From Octopus bimaculoides (taxonomy: Eukaryota): 64,000 bases of DNA. Positions 1 to 12,400 of this stretch are shown in pieces. A program made the position numbers and the translations under genes. The notes beneath the pieces are model-generated. The model made no database searches. It worked only from the letters and a program-made list of their open reading frames with translations, and was not told the origin of the DNA. Each line of letters begins with the position of its first letter. Position 1 is the stretch's first letter. Location of the stretch: positions 11,815,880-11,879,879 of the forward strand of contig NC_068998.1 in assembly GCF_001194135.2 (NCBI RefSeq), read 5' to 3'.

Positions 1-113
1 AAAAAAAAAAAAACAATAATGTAATTGTTGCCATCTATTTATAGAAATAGATTTCAAAACACTGAATGTAGTCCGGTAGTATTAAAAAAAAAAAAAAAAA
101 AAGTGTGGAAATA

Positions 114-406
114 CTAAGGAGCAGTAGATCCTTGGTAACTAGCAGCAGCCTGAGAGATAATTGAGCTGAGTAAATGTGTGTTGACTGATGAGCCTTGGCC
201 AGCTCGAATAATGTTGCCGTTTGTTGGATCAGGGGAACCCAAGCTACTGGAACCCACAGAACCCATGCTATCAGTCATATCAGTGTCTTGAAATCCAAGA
301 GGACTATTTTCCTGTCCAGCTGCATAACTGCCACCATAGCCTCCCGAGTTGCCAGATCGGCTACCACTTCGTTGTTGCTGACTTCTGCGAATCAACGCCG
401 TGCTAC
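114..406 (-). CDS. TCF12: E-protein last coding exon (G|[14 protein letters not shown]...YQGSTAP*)
   Basis: Acceptor tctgtattttgcag|GT; phase 1 matches the donor at 2857; open to TAG at 116-114; Ser/Gly-rich. Confidence 0.8.
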
Positions 407-3400
407 CTGCAAAATACAGAGAAACAATAGACTTCACATGAAAACAATTCTGAGACAAAACAACATGCAATATCAATATCAATATGTACGAGGGGGNNNN
501 NNNNNNAGAAGTTCCTGGTTTTGGGTAAAAAGAATGTTGTTGTTGTTGGCACTCCATTGCTTACGACGTCGAGGGTTCCAGTTGATCCGATCAATGGAAC
601 AGCCTGCTCGTGAAATTAACGTGCAAGTGGCTGAGCACTCCACAGACACGTGTACCCTTAACGTAGTTCTCGGGGATATTCAGCGTGACACAGTGTGACA
701 AGGCTGACCCTTTGAATTACAGGCACAACAGAAACAGGAAGTGAGAGAAAGTTGTGATGAAAGAGTACAGAAGGGTTCGTTACAATACCCTGCCGGAGCC
801 TCGTGGAGCTTTAGGTGTTTTCACTAACGCCTGGTCTGGGAATCGAAACCGGGATCCTATGACCGCGAGTCCACTGCCCTAACCACTGGGCCATTGCGCC
901 GCCACGGGTAAAAGAATATACAGAAGGAATCAGTTAATTATAATTTTATTCAATATATCCCCTCTTAGATTCTAACACTTATTGCAACGGTCCTTCAGTT
1001 TTGCTAAGCCCTGGAAAAGAATTTGGAAAGTCGGGCCTCCAATCAGGCCTTTCACGATATCCTTAAAACCAGGAACTTTGCAGCACCTCCTTGTATGCGT
1101 TCTCATGGTAATAATCAGTTATATTTCTAAGGTAGCAAGCTGGCAGAATCGTTAGCACACCAGGTAAAATGCTTAGTGATATTTCGTCCGTCTTTACAGT
1201 ATGAGTTCAAATTCTGCTGAGCTCAACTTTGCTTTTCATCCTTTTGGGGGTTGATAAATTAAGTACCAGTTGAGCACTGGGGTTGATGTAATCAACTTAC
1301 TCTCACCCCTGAAATTACTGGCCATGTGCCAAAATTTGAAATCAATAATCAATTAAGGATGCCACAAAGTACAATCTGATAGGAAGCTACTGATGCAAAA
1401 GATGAGAGATGGGCGAACATTGTTGGTGAGAAGTTTTTGTTGATGCCTAGGGCAACGACACTGCCCTCAGCAAAAAATTCTCCACGGTAGTACTGCTTAC
1501 AGCATCATCACTGTTTAGATGAAGAGGAAAAGAGAACCACACAAATTGGATGGAGATTCTTTGGCAAAGGATCAGACGGATCTGCTGCAGTTTGGAAAGC
1601 AGAAAAGCATGAGGGCTACAAGGTGCACAAAGGCACCCTTCGTACATGGGCACAGTATATCATGTAAATATGGTGACTAAAAATGTGATCTCATTTAGAA
1701 GTTTAGAGACAAAATAGACAATAAACAATCACAAGATTTTCCATGAAATTAAAAAAAGGTAAAGAAAGCAGTTATTATTCCAAATAATGTCATTATGGCT
1801 CAGGCACCAGCTGCCAAAGACAGCTTCCATATTCCCTTGAAGAGGGGCTGTTTATGCTAGCTATTGATGTAGGATATACAAGAGGTAGAAGCAAACCACT
1901 GTACAAGCAATAAGTACACAGCAGAAAAACAAGCAATGGAGCAACAGTAAAGAAATCATAACCAAACATAAATATTAGAATGGGCTTATGATTAGTGTAC
2001 ATTATAAAACATCATGTCATATAAATAAAAAGACCTGTTAATTATCTTTCTCAGAAGCTGTTATAAAGCACAGAATCATGCAGAGATAATTCCTAGTTAA
2101 AGTATTTTAGCACTGTGTTTTTGATAATTTGGTAAACTTCTCCTGGGAAGCATGTCATAGCAAGCAAGTAATTGTAAGTTTTAGTAAGAAAAATACTGAA
2201 ACTAAAGTAAAATAAGTTTAGGTTGGATGAGAAAACAGAAAATGGAATATATCCCCCCCTCTGTTATAACACAAGACCAAATGGTGGTTGTCAACAGAGT
2301 TCCTCTAACATTTGCATTAAAATCAAAATGAGATGCTGCAGGGAGGTGACCCCTTTAACCGTTCCACATACCAACTTAAACTTCCTTGCCTACTGAATTT
2401 TGCAAACACAGATTATCCTAATTTTCTTGAACTATATGTCACGTAGTTATAGAAACAGAGTTGACAGCATTGTAAAAAAATGGTGCTCTAATTACCAATG
2501 CTCTTTTTTCTTTAGTGACAGAGTGTGAGAGAGAGAGAGAGAAATCCAGGAAGCTAAGAGATAAAGAACCCAAGATGATGATACTCAAGTATTATCATAC
2601 CATACCAGAACTATGCTCTTATCTCAAGAAGTTAGAATTCACTGATTTCTGTGTTCTCACTTTTCAGTCATAAGAGGTGTGTAACCAATAGATTAAATCT
2701 ATTTCAAGTGTTAGTTAGATCCTAGTTCTACTGAAGTTGGGCATGTGTTATGTGCGCACGTGCATGCATGTGCATATTTAAGATAATAATATAAAAAAGA
2801 AGCTTGAAAATAAACCAACCGTGCTAACAATATAGAAGCAAGTGGCCATACCTTACCTGCCAGAGCAGCCTGCTGGGCTATCTCATCAGCACTCAAAGCC
2901 CGCCCAGGAAGCTCCTCAGTCTTCTCTTCTTCCCTGCGCTTCAAACAGGCTGCTTTGGGATTAAGATTCCTTTCTAAACACACAAGGAAAAAAAATAAAA
3001 GGAAAATGATTAAAGTTTGCTGTTATTAAATAAGAAACAAATTAGACATTAATCTTTTTTTTTTTTTGTTTGAAACTAATGCAACAAATCAGATCAGTAA
3101 TTGAAGACATTGTTTGTTACGATGATGATGAAGAAAGAAAATCCTGTTATTCTCAGCAAAATTATTTGGATAAGAATTTATAAGAGTACAAAAGTGGCCT
3201 AGATCTACTTTGATTCTACTTTTGGACAATTATCCCATCCCACAAAAATGTTTCCTCTTTTAACACTATTATGAATATAATTGAAGAGCTTCTCGTGGCC
3301 TTCACACCCTATCCTTTGTGCTGCTGCAGCTGAGTGGTCTCTCTCTAGAACAAACCCAGCTCTTCCTTTCTTTATAGACACCTTGAAGACACTCAAGTGA

Positions 3401-6400
3401 ACACCTAACCACTGATAAATAGCAAGTGACACTGAGAGTAGTTTTGAACATGTTGGCTTGTTTTTTTCTATCCTAACAAAAGTATTCACATGAACACACT
3501 GTTAAGTCTCATTTCTAGTCCACTTGCTCATATTTTTAAGCATACACCAATCCCTTCACTTCCTCTGTCATCTACTGCTTTGTATGAGCATCCTTTCTCA
3601 CAAGGTTTTCCAAAGCTAACCACCAAGCTGGAGCAGTCCAGGTGGATTTAGTTTCATCTCTCTCTCTTTCTCCTGATATTTACTGGTTAATATGACAGGT
3701 CAGCACTGAGAAAATAAATTTGACCAACTGGAGCAACTAAAAGAAGCTAAAATGTTATTTTTCATTTGTGTTGTCAATAACCCCAAGGTTTTACTATGGC
3801 ACACACAATCAAATGTTCTACATCATTAAATTACATTGATATAGTCTAAAAATAATTAACCACCAATTACTCTTTTGTTATATTCTACAATCTGTAAGCA
3901 AAAGCAGATGTACGGGAGAAAGAGACAGCAAAAATTGTTAATGCCTCATAATTCACACAAGCAAAAGCTGAATGAGCTTTTAAAATCAGACAGCAGAAAA
4001 GGAGGATCATCATCATTTTAATCCTCTTTCCCATGCTTGCATGGGTTGGATGGAGTTAATTGAGGCAGATTTTTTAAGGTCACTAGCCCTCATGGTTCCA
4101 AGAAAGTAATAAGGCAATATTTCTCCATGACCAGACAGGTTTCTGCAGAATATTGGAAATAAATGACAGTGACATTCATTTACAATTATCAATGCCAAGG
4201 TAACGAGGCAAATACATGCATGCATACATGTGTACACACACACACACACACAGTGAGCTTCTTTCAGTTTTCATCCCCCAAATCCATGAGGTTTTGCGCC
4301 CCACCGCATCCAACACTAAAGTAGATGTCATTTGCCCAAGGTGGAATGCAGTGGAACTGAAACTGTAACCATGTGACTGAAAAGCAAACTTCTTAACCAT
4401 ACAACCTTGCCTGCACCTAATTGTGAAAATAATAAGGGGACTGAAACCCCAGTAAATTAAATAGCAATTCAAGCCAGTTCCAGAAAATACTTCTACTACA
4501 ACCAGACCCACTGCTTAACACAGTCTCTGGCAGTTTTATCTAAAAGAATATGTTACACAAAAAAAAAACAAAAAAACTTCAAACCACTTTGGCAAGGGAA
4601 GTAAGTCCACATTATCATAAGTAACTTGTTACTTTAGTAGAACTATTGCCATTTAGTAGAACATTGTTCAGGCATTCTCTGAGTGAGATTAACTTCATCA
4701 CAAAGACAATTCAAAAACCATTTGAAGCAATCATCAAATCCACCACATCATAAATCATGGTTCAGTTGGGGTTGGGATTACACTGCATACTCTGTGAAGA
4801 AATTGTTGAAAAAATTTGCTTGAACTGAAATTTCTTTGAGTTCAATTCAAAAATACATAAGTTTTAAGAAATTGTTACGCTTACTACCATATTCTGCCTT
4901 AGAATTATTGTGAATTTCAGTGCCCACGCAGGTTGTTTTGAAGCCACCCTAAGCATCAAAGTCTGGTGACTGACCCGAATATAGAGCCAGAGCGCTGACC
5001 CTAAAATTTATAAATTTAAAAAACGTGCACAATAAAGCAAATTCTGGAATTAGCTATGTTCTTCAACACCGAAAGTATTCTTCATAATTTTAATAAACAG
5101 CCAAGGATTGAAATTGCCATATCTTATGGAGCATAGGTGGTTGGGTCATTTCAGTGCCATTGCTTCTATAATAGAAAATCACTCCAAGATTGTTGGTCTG
5201 CACAGAGTCATCAGATTCAAAAATGTGTATTGAGGCAGCTGGAATTTTACATCAAGTTTGTTATAAAAGGGTTGTTTTTCTAGCCTTTGTTCTTAGCAAA
5301 TTTTTGCTTGCAATTAGACCAGTAGACAAATAGCTTCAGAGTCACAAATGCGAATATACACCATGGCCTTGAGATTGCCAAGAGTGAAATTACCAAACTA
5401 TGAGACTCTTTAATATTTGACGAGATTCTGAAACAAATGAGTCAATTTAATTTTATTGAGGAATGCATGCATCAAAAAGCTTGCGGGTCCCAATGTTTTT
5501 TCAGATTATGTTGCCAAGGCCCTGGTACTATCACAAGATGACTGGATAATCTTTAATCGCAAAATTTATTTCGCCATCATTGATGAAAGCTTGGGAGAGC
5601 TAGATAATAGAATTTCAGAGCAAAACAACAGCATGCATTCTTCTTTGGCAAGTCTGCTATACCAATCTCTGAGACATTTTTAGATTTTGATACCTTAAAA
5701 CCTTTGAGTAATTTAGTTAATTGCTGTCTGAACTTACTGTGGCTAAAGCATACATTTCCAAACAAAACATGATGACACTGCTGGACATTTTTGGATCTTT
5801 ACATATCATACAGGATGCTTTTCCAAATGTTTATCTATTGAATGGTGCAACATTAACATTTGGGTCCAGCACAGCCACATCGCTTGCGACACTAACTCGA
5901 ATTATGACTGTTTCAACGAAATATGAAGGAACTGTGGAAATCAAACCTTGTGATGCTTGCTTCTCTTGAGAAATACAAATTAATTATGGACAAGGACGAT
6001 TTTCTTAAAGTTTTTGCATTGCGTCGCCATAGACTGCAGTTGTATTGAATAAATGTAACCTGATTTTATTTTGTGAATTTTTTTGGAAAATGTAATCAAA
6101 TTTACAAGCAGTATGATTTTTAGAGTTCTGTTCAGTACCCCCAGCTATCAAGATACCTCCTCCACCCAGTTGCAATCAGCCAGCTATGTACCTGTCACCA
6201 GCTTATTGCTCTCTTCAGCAACTAGACAATACAGGTCATTTATCAGTTTTTTTACGGGTTAGTCTTTTATTTGGACTAAATGTTCCATCTATCACTAGAG
6301 ACTGTGAAATGGTATGTTTAATATAACATAAAAATTAATTAAAAAACTCTTTTATCAGATTTAGGGCCATCACAATCCCATATCAGTTTGAACGACCTTG

Positions 6401-9400
6401 AGTAAAATGAGCTAAATGTGTGTTTAATATATGTATAATATATACATATTCTAGCAACAGATTTTGTCTTCCCATTCTACAAGTCAACCTCAATATGAAA
6501 TCCTTCCTAGGCAGATGCCAGGTAAAAGGAAATCAAGAGAGGAAGAGCTGAGAGATTACACAGGTAGGGATACGTGCTGGAGTTTAACCTTATGTTCACA
6601 TTGATCAAGATCTACAATTAGAGGGTACAGAATGAGACAACTGGGCACAGCTGTTTTGGATGCTGACAATTTGGTGTAACAGGCTGACATTCGGCCTGTT
6701 TAAGCAAGTTATTCCAGTGCTGGAGGCAAACACATGCACACAAGCACATGCTCAGACACAGATACATACAGGCACCATAATTTATTAATTGAACACAACT
6801 AACAAAAACACTTACTCTCTCCTCATAAACATTGAGAAATACGCATGCACACACACACACACAGAACATGAAATGCTTGTGTGTAACTTTAGCAAAAGTG
6901 AACTATGTATGTTATGGTGAAAGCTGAGGACAATAAAAGGGGTCCCTACCTCGTACTTGCTGCTCTAAGCTTGTGATCAGGGTGACTGCCTGCTGTAAGA
7001 TCAGTAATTTAGTCTGTTGTTTGTCATTTGATAGGTGTAAGGAGCACATACGACCCAGCTCCTTAAATGCTTCATTAATATCTCGTACTCGAACCCTGTA
7101 TAACAAAAGAAAACGAAAATGTCCAGAAATAAAAGAATGTTCACAATGAAGTTACCAGCCCAACATTTGCATTTTGGTAGGCTTACCGAAATTCAGAATT
7201 CTGTTAGTGTACTATTTTGACATTAAAAAAAAAAAAAAAAGTCTTTTCAAACTGTTTACTTATTGATTTCTGTCTGTGTGCACTGTACATATAACCCAAG
7301 GTAAATGGTATACCCGCAACCAAAACAACTCAAATTACTTTCAAAGCTTAGCTGAGTGCAAGACCGAGAAGATCAAGAGGGAAGTACAAATGTATATGAA
7401 GCTGAACGGGGGAAAAGAAATGGAACAAATAATACCAAAGACAGCTAAATGTGTTCACAAAGAGCAACTCAAGTGACAGTTTCACCAATTCAGATATAGG
7501 TAAACCCAAAGCTTGGATAGCAGAAGAAATGAAGGAGTAGGTTTTATTCCAAGTCTAAAGAGGCTGAATGATGGGGCAACTGCTAACACTTGTTAGAAGA
7601 TATAATTAAATGAGTTTTGTAGTACAGGACAAAATTATGATTCCGATAACAAAAGCAATAGTCAAGTGAATCAAACTCGGTAAGCGAAACTCAAATGACA
7701 ACTAAGAACCCAAATTCAGGAAGAAAATAATTTCTTGGAATTTAAAAAAAGAAATCTTCTTTTAACAGTTGAACTTTTCAAAACTTTGCACAAATGCAGT
7801 TACATATTTTTGGCACAAAGAAAAAAAAACTTTTCCTCAGTAAAGTCACAAGACTGGTGGTAAATATGAAGTGGAAATAAATAACAGCCTCCTAGAATGT
7901 GAAGAACCAAAATGCAAAAACGAAAGGAAAACTACACAAAATATCAATTGTAAACAAAGTAAAATATCATTTAACTTCAGCAAAATCATCTCAAAATACC
8001 CAAACTTTACATAAAAGTAAGAAAGAAAGAGGAAGTGAATAATCTAATAAATGGTGCAAACTTTAAAATTGTGACATAAAGAAATTGCCCCACCCTTCCC
8101 TCTTGCAGCTAAAATAAGCAAATAACATTCCACAGCCATGAAAATATCTTTATATTAGAAATAGAATCAACAGATAAAAACTAAAAATGTCATCCTGTAG
8201 CTCTGTTCCATCATGATGAACGCACATGGAAATAAGTAATAATCTACATTTAATTTGAAAATTATGTTAGTATTTAAATGACTATAATTATAATAATAAT
8301 AATGATAATAAAGTACACACAATATCTTCAATCTACAACACTGGATACTGTGCGACATCTTCAATATTAATAATAATAACGGTTTATTTTTAAATAGAAA
8401 ATACAAAAATGATGCCACAAGCATGCTGGCTTAACTAGTAACTTCCAGCAATGAAAAAGAAAAAAAAAAAAACAGAAAAAAGAAAAGAAAAATCATTGTT
8501 TACAGAAAGCTGAAAATTTAAGAATGGTGAACGTTCACACATTCTTTTTGTTTTTGGTTTTTTACTTTGATTTCCGACAAGTTTCTGCAAGGTGAGTTTC
8601 TAAAACAGCTGTCTGCAAGAACAGTTGGGCAAGTTAAACAGCTGTCTATAAGAAGAACAGTTGGGCGAGTTAAACAGCTGTCTGCAAAAACAGTTGGGCA
8701 TGTGCACAGATGTCTGTTCAAGTTTAAAGTAAAAGGGCAGAGAACAACTTGCATGGCTCATAAGGTTAACAAATACCATTCCATTTTCCTTAAATTTACA
8801 AACATAATGGAACAGCTTTAATTCAATGAATGGAAATTTTAACGTGCTTCATGTAAATTATAGCAACACTAGGGAAACAGTAACAACAACTTTATGTCTA
8901 AATAAACTTTGCCTATTTCACAACAGAGGAATAACTACAATACCTTTCACGTGCATTATTTGCTTGTCTGCGTAATCTTTCTCGTTCAGCTTTAGCTTCG
9001 GGTGAATCATCTTCATCGCCATCACTGCTATTGAAAATAACAAAAGTATAAAATATAGATGACTGCTTAAATATAGACGATTGTATAAAGCACTAACTGT
9101 AACATTTTCTACCAATAAAGATAACTGTAAATACCACTTAATGCTTAATCGCTTACAAAATTCAAACAAAGAAATCCACCACTTTCAAACAAAATATTTG
9201 CTGTAGCCAGAATTAATTTTAGAGAGTTAATGTAAGGAAGAAATATTTTAAATCCTTAACTAGAACATTTAAAAGACACAAAAGAAAAAAAAATCCATCC
9301 AAAACTTTAATAAACTCCCATTTTTTTACATTTCTCATAAATCAGTCATCCCAATGACCCTACATTAACATATTATCATCTTAAAATATCCCTTCATTTT

Positions 9401-12400
9401 CTATATTAACAATATAACACTTTCTCCAGTAATTACCAGTTAAAGGAAAAGCAAAACTCACATTGATTAGGTCAAAATTAAGCCCCAACAGGAAGCCTCA
9501 GAATAGTTTAAACTAACATTAGCATATTATTACTGGGACATTTAGCATTGAACCAGCAAGATTTGAAATTGGAACCAAGAGGGACAAATCTAAATACTGC
9601 AATGTAACCTATATTTTCAATTAATCCCACAACTGGATTGGAATTTTCACAACTTATAAATCCCAGCACCTTAATTTTGATAGCATCCTGCATGAGACTC
9701 TGCATTTTATACTATAAGACAGTTCTTTAAGTGTTATACTTCAATTTAAATGTTCAGCTGTAATTCTATGTAAGAATCTTTCCAAACTCTAGCTTAATGA
9801 TGGAAAAGTTAGATTATTAAATCCTTGCAAATTCTTAAAATATCTTCAAAATCAGTTGAAACACATTTTGAATAAATAATAAATTAGGTAACTAAAAGGT
9901 TTAAAGATCTATCTATTCATAAGTGAATCCTTACAGAATATCAAACCAGTTATTCACAGCAATGGATTGTTCTTCATCAGCATGTGAATATTTACATGAA
10001 TAAACTTGAAAAGTTTAAAGAGGGGAAAAGGAAAAAAGAATATTTTTTATTCATTCATCATTTTAACATTCACTTTTTTTTCTTCTATACTTGCATGGGT
10101 CCAAAGGTTATTATTGAAGCAGATTTTCTACTGTCAGATCCACTTCTTGTCATCAACATTCACCTGCTTCCAAGCAAGGTAATAATATTTCTCTGTGACC
10201 AGACATATTCACATTTACAAAGAGACGGACATTTAAAAGAACAAACCAAGTTTATACATTTGTTTCATTTGTTAAAACAAGAATTTCTTTTTGAAGCTGG
10301 ATGTTTTTCAGAGACCAAACTGCTTTTTTGCCATTATATCTTTGAGACATTTCAGGAATGAGGGGACCTGCAACCTTCTAGAAGTCCACTAGGACCACTT
10401 TTACATAACACTAGGAGAGATTTGACTATTTTGGGCAAACAATTACATATCAATTACATCATTGAGTTCTTTTTGCATTTTATGACAACCACCACCAAAT
10501 GTCTCCTTCAGTTTGGACATAAATCGCTATTTCTTCCAGGTATGCTTTCACTTTGCAGCAAAACTAATATTTCAATTTTTGCAATTCCTTTCATTAAATT
10601 AACAATAAATTCATTAACATCATCATCATCATCATTTAATGTCCGTTTCCATGCTGGCATGGCTTTTCTATTATACAATTGAAACATTATTATAAATTAT
10701 TTGATAACTATATGTGAATTTTTAACAAGAGATAATTACAAACTGATCTGAACAATTTTTCCATGGCAGCATGGGTTGGACAGTCAGACAAGAACGACAA
10801 GCCAGATGGCTGTGCTGAAATCCAGCTGGTTGCCTTTCCTAATGCCAAACACTTTACAGAGGTGTACTGGGTGCATTTTTTCCATATATGCATGTGTGTG
10901 TGTTTTTTTTTTCATAAAATATAATCAGCAGGAAGATACAGAAGTATCACAAAGGCCAAGAGTTTTGTGCATGGCAAGTGATAAATGCCACATACAAATA
11001 CACACACACACACATGTATGTTTGTAAACAAAAGAAATGAGCACTCAGTAAATTTGTGTATGGCACAGATTTGAAAGACATGAAGAAAAAAAAAAGTTAT
11101 GATAAATAAGCAACGTACACGTCAGGATTTTCCGGAAACAACTTGTTTCTGAAAATATATAAAAATATATTTAGAATAAATTAAACAACAGAAATTAAAC
11201 ACAATTTCTTACTTCTTTTAGATAAATTATATATGATACATTTACATAACGTTACTCAATTTTTGTATTTAGAATCTTAAGGTTATGACAAAGGAAGTAA
11301 AAGAAACTGTTCCGTATTGGGAAATAAGTAGCAATCAATTTGTTTGGAAGACACATATCAAGCCATTCAAAAACACACAAAAATTGTTAACTTCGTTTAA
11401 ACATCATCATCATCGTTTAACGTCTGCCTTCCATGCTAGCATGGGTTGGATGATTTGACTGAGGACTGGTGAACCAGATGGCTACACCAGGCTCCAATCT
11501 GATTTGGCAAACATTTAATATTTGGAATCAAAATTTTCACAGGACCAATTGTGATCTGGTCATTGACATAGTTCCACCGCAACTGGTTTGAGATGAGGTT
11601 GTTGGTCAGAGTATGTAGGCTCCAGAATTATAAATGTAGTGTTTCCAGTCATGTAGGTCAGTCGTTCTGATTTGTCAATGCCCGGTGCTTATAGTTTATC
11701 AGTTAATTCGATACTCGGTTGTACTCCACACATCCTCTCTTCCCTCTTTCTTTCAGTGGGGTCTCCTTTCACATTGTGAATTACAACCAAATACTAAGTT
11801 AACTGACCAACTATAAAATTTATAATCCTAAAACTTAGATATATATATATATATATGCTGACCAACAACCTTGCCTCAAACCAGTTGCAGTGGAACAGTG
11901 TCAGTGACCAGGTTGCAGTTGGACAAAACTTTTGACATGTTTATAATAAATGCCTAAGTTAACAACGGATTCAAGCACACTGGGCAAAATGCCAAAATGC
12001 TTAGCAGCATGTCATCCGTCTTTATGTTCTGAGTTCAAATTCAACCAGGGTTGACTTTGTCTTTCATCCTTTCAGGGTCAATAAAAATAAGTGCCAGTTG
12101 AGCACTGGGGGTCGATGTAATAGACTTACCCGTCCCCTGAAATTGCTGGCCTTGTGCCAAAATTTGTAAGCCTGTAATTGTTTTAGTTTCAAGTCACAGT
12201 CCTAAATCAAATCGCTTGCCTAGCAAATACATCTTTGAAATTATTAATAAGCTATCTTGAACTTACCTAGCTCGTTTTGAAGGGGGTGCATTTGAGTTCC
12301 CAGGTGAGCTATTTTTTTCCAATGTAATGCTATCACTTTTTGAAGCTTCTGTGTCGGACTGCATTTTGTCAGATTTTTCAACTTTAATCGTTGGCCCCTC

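Noticed and set aside
3205-3489. 94-aa minus-strand ORF in the intron before the C-domain exon
   Set aside because: No usable splice sites in phase; [14 protein letters not shown] looks like LINE debris.
6618-6760. Possible exon downstream of the HLH exon or a duplicate HLH exon
   Set aside because: The in-phase reading stops after ALE; no HLH similarity, so no E12/E47-style exon pair.
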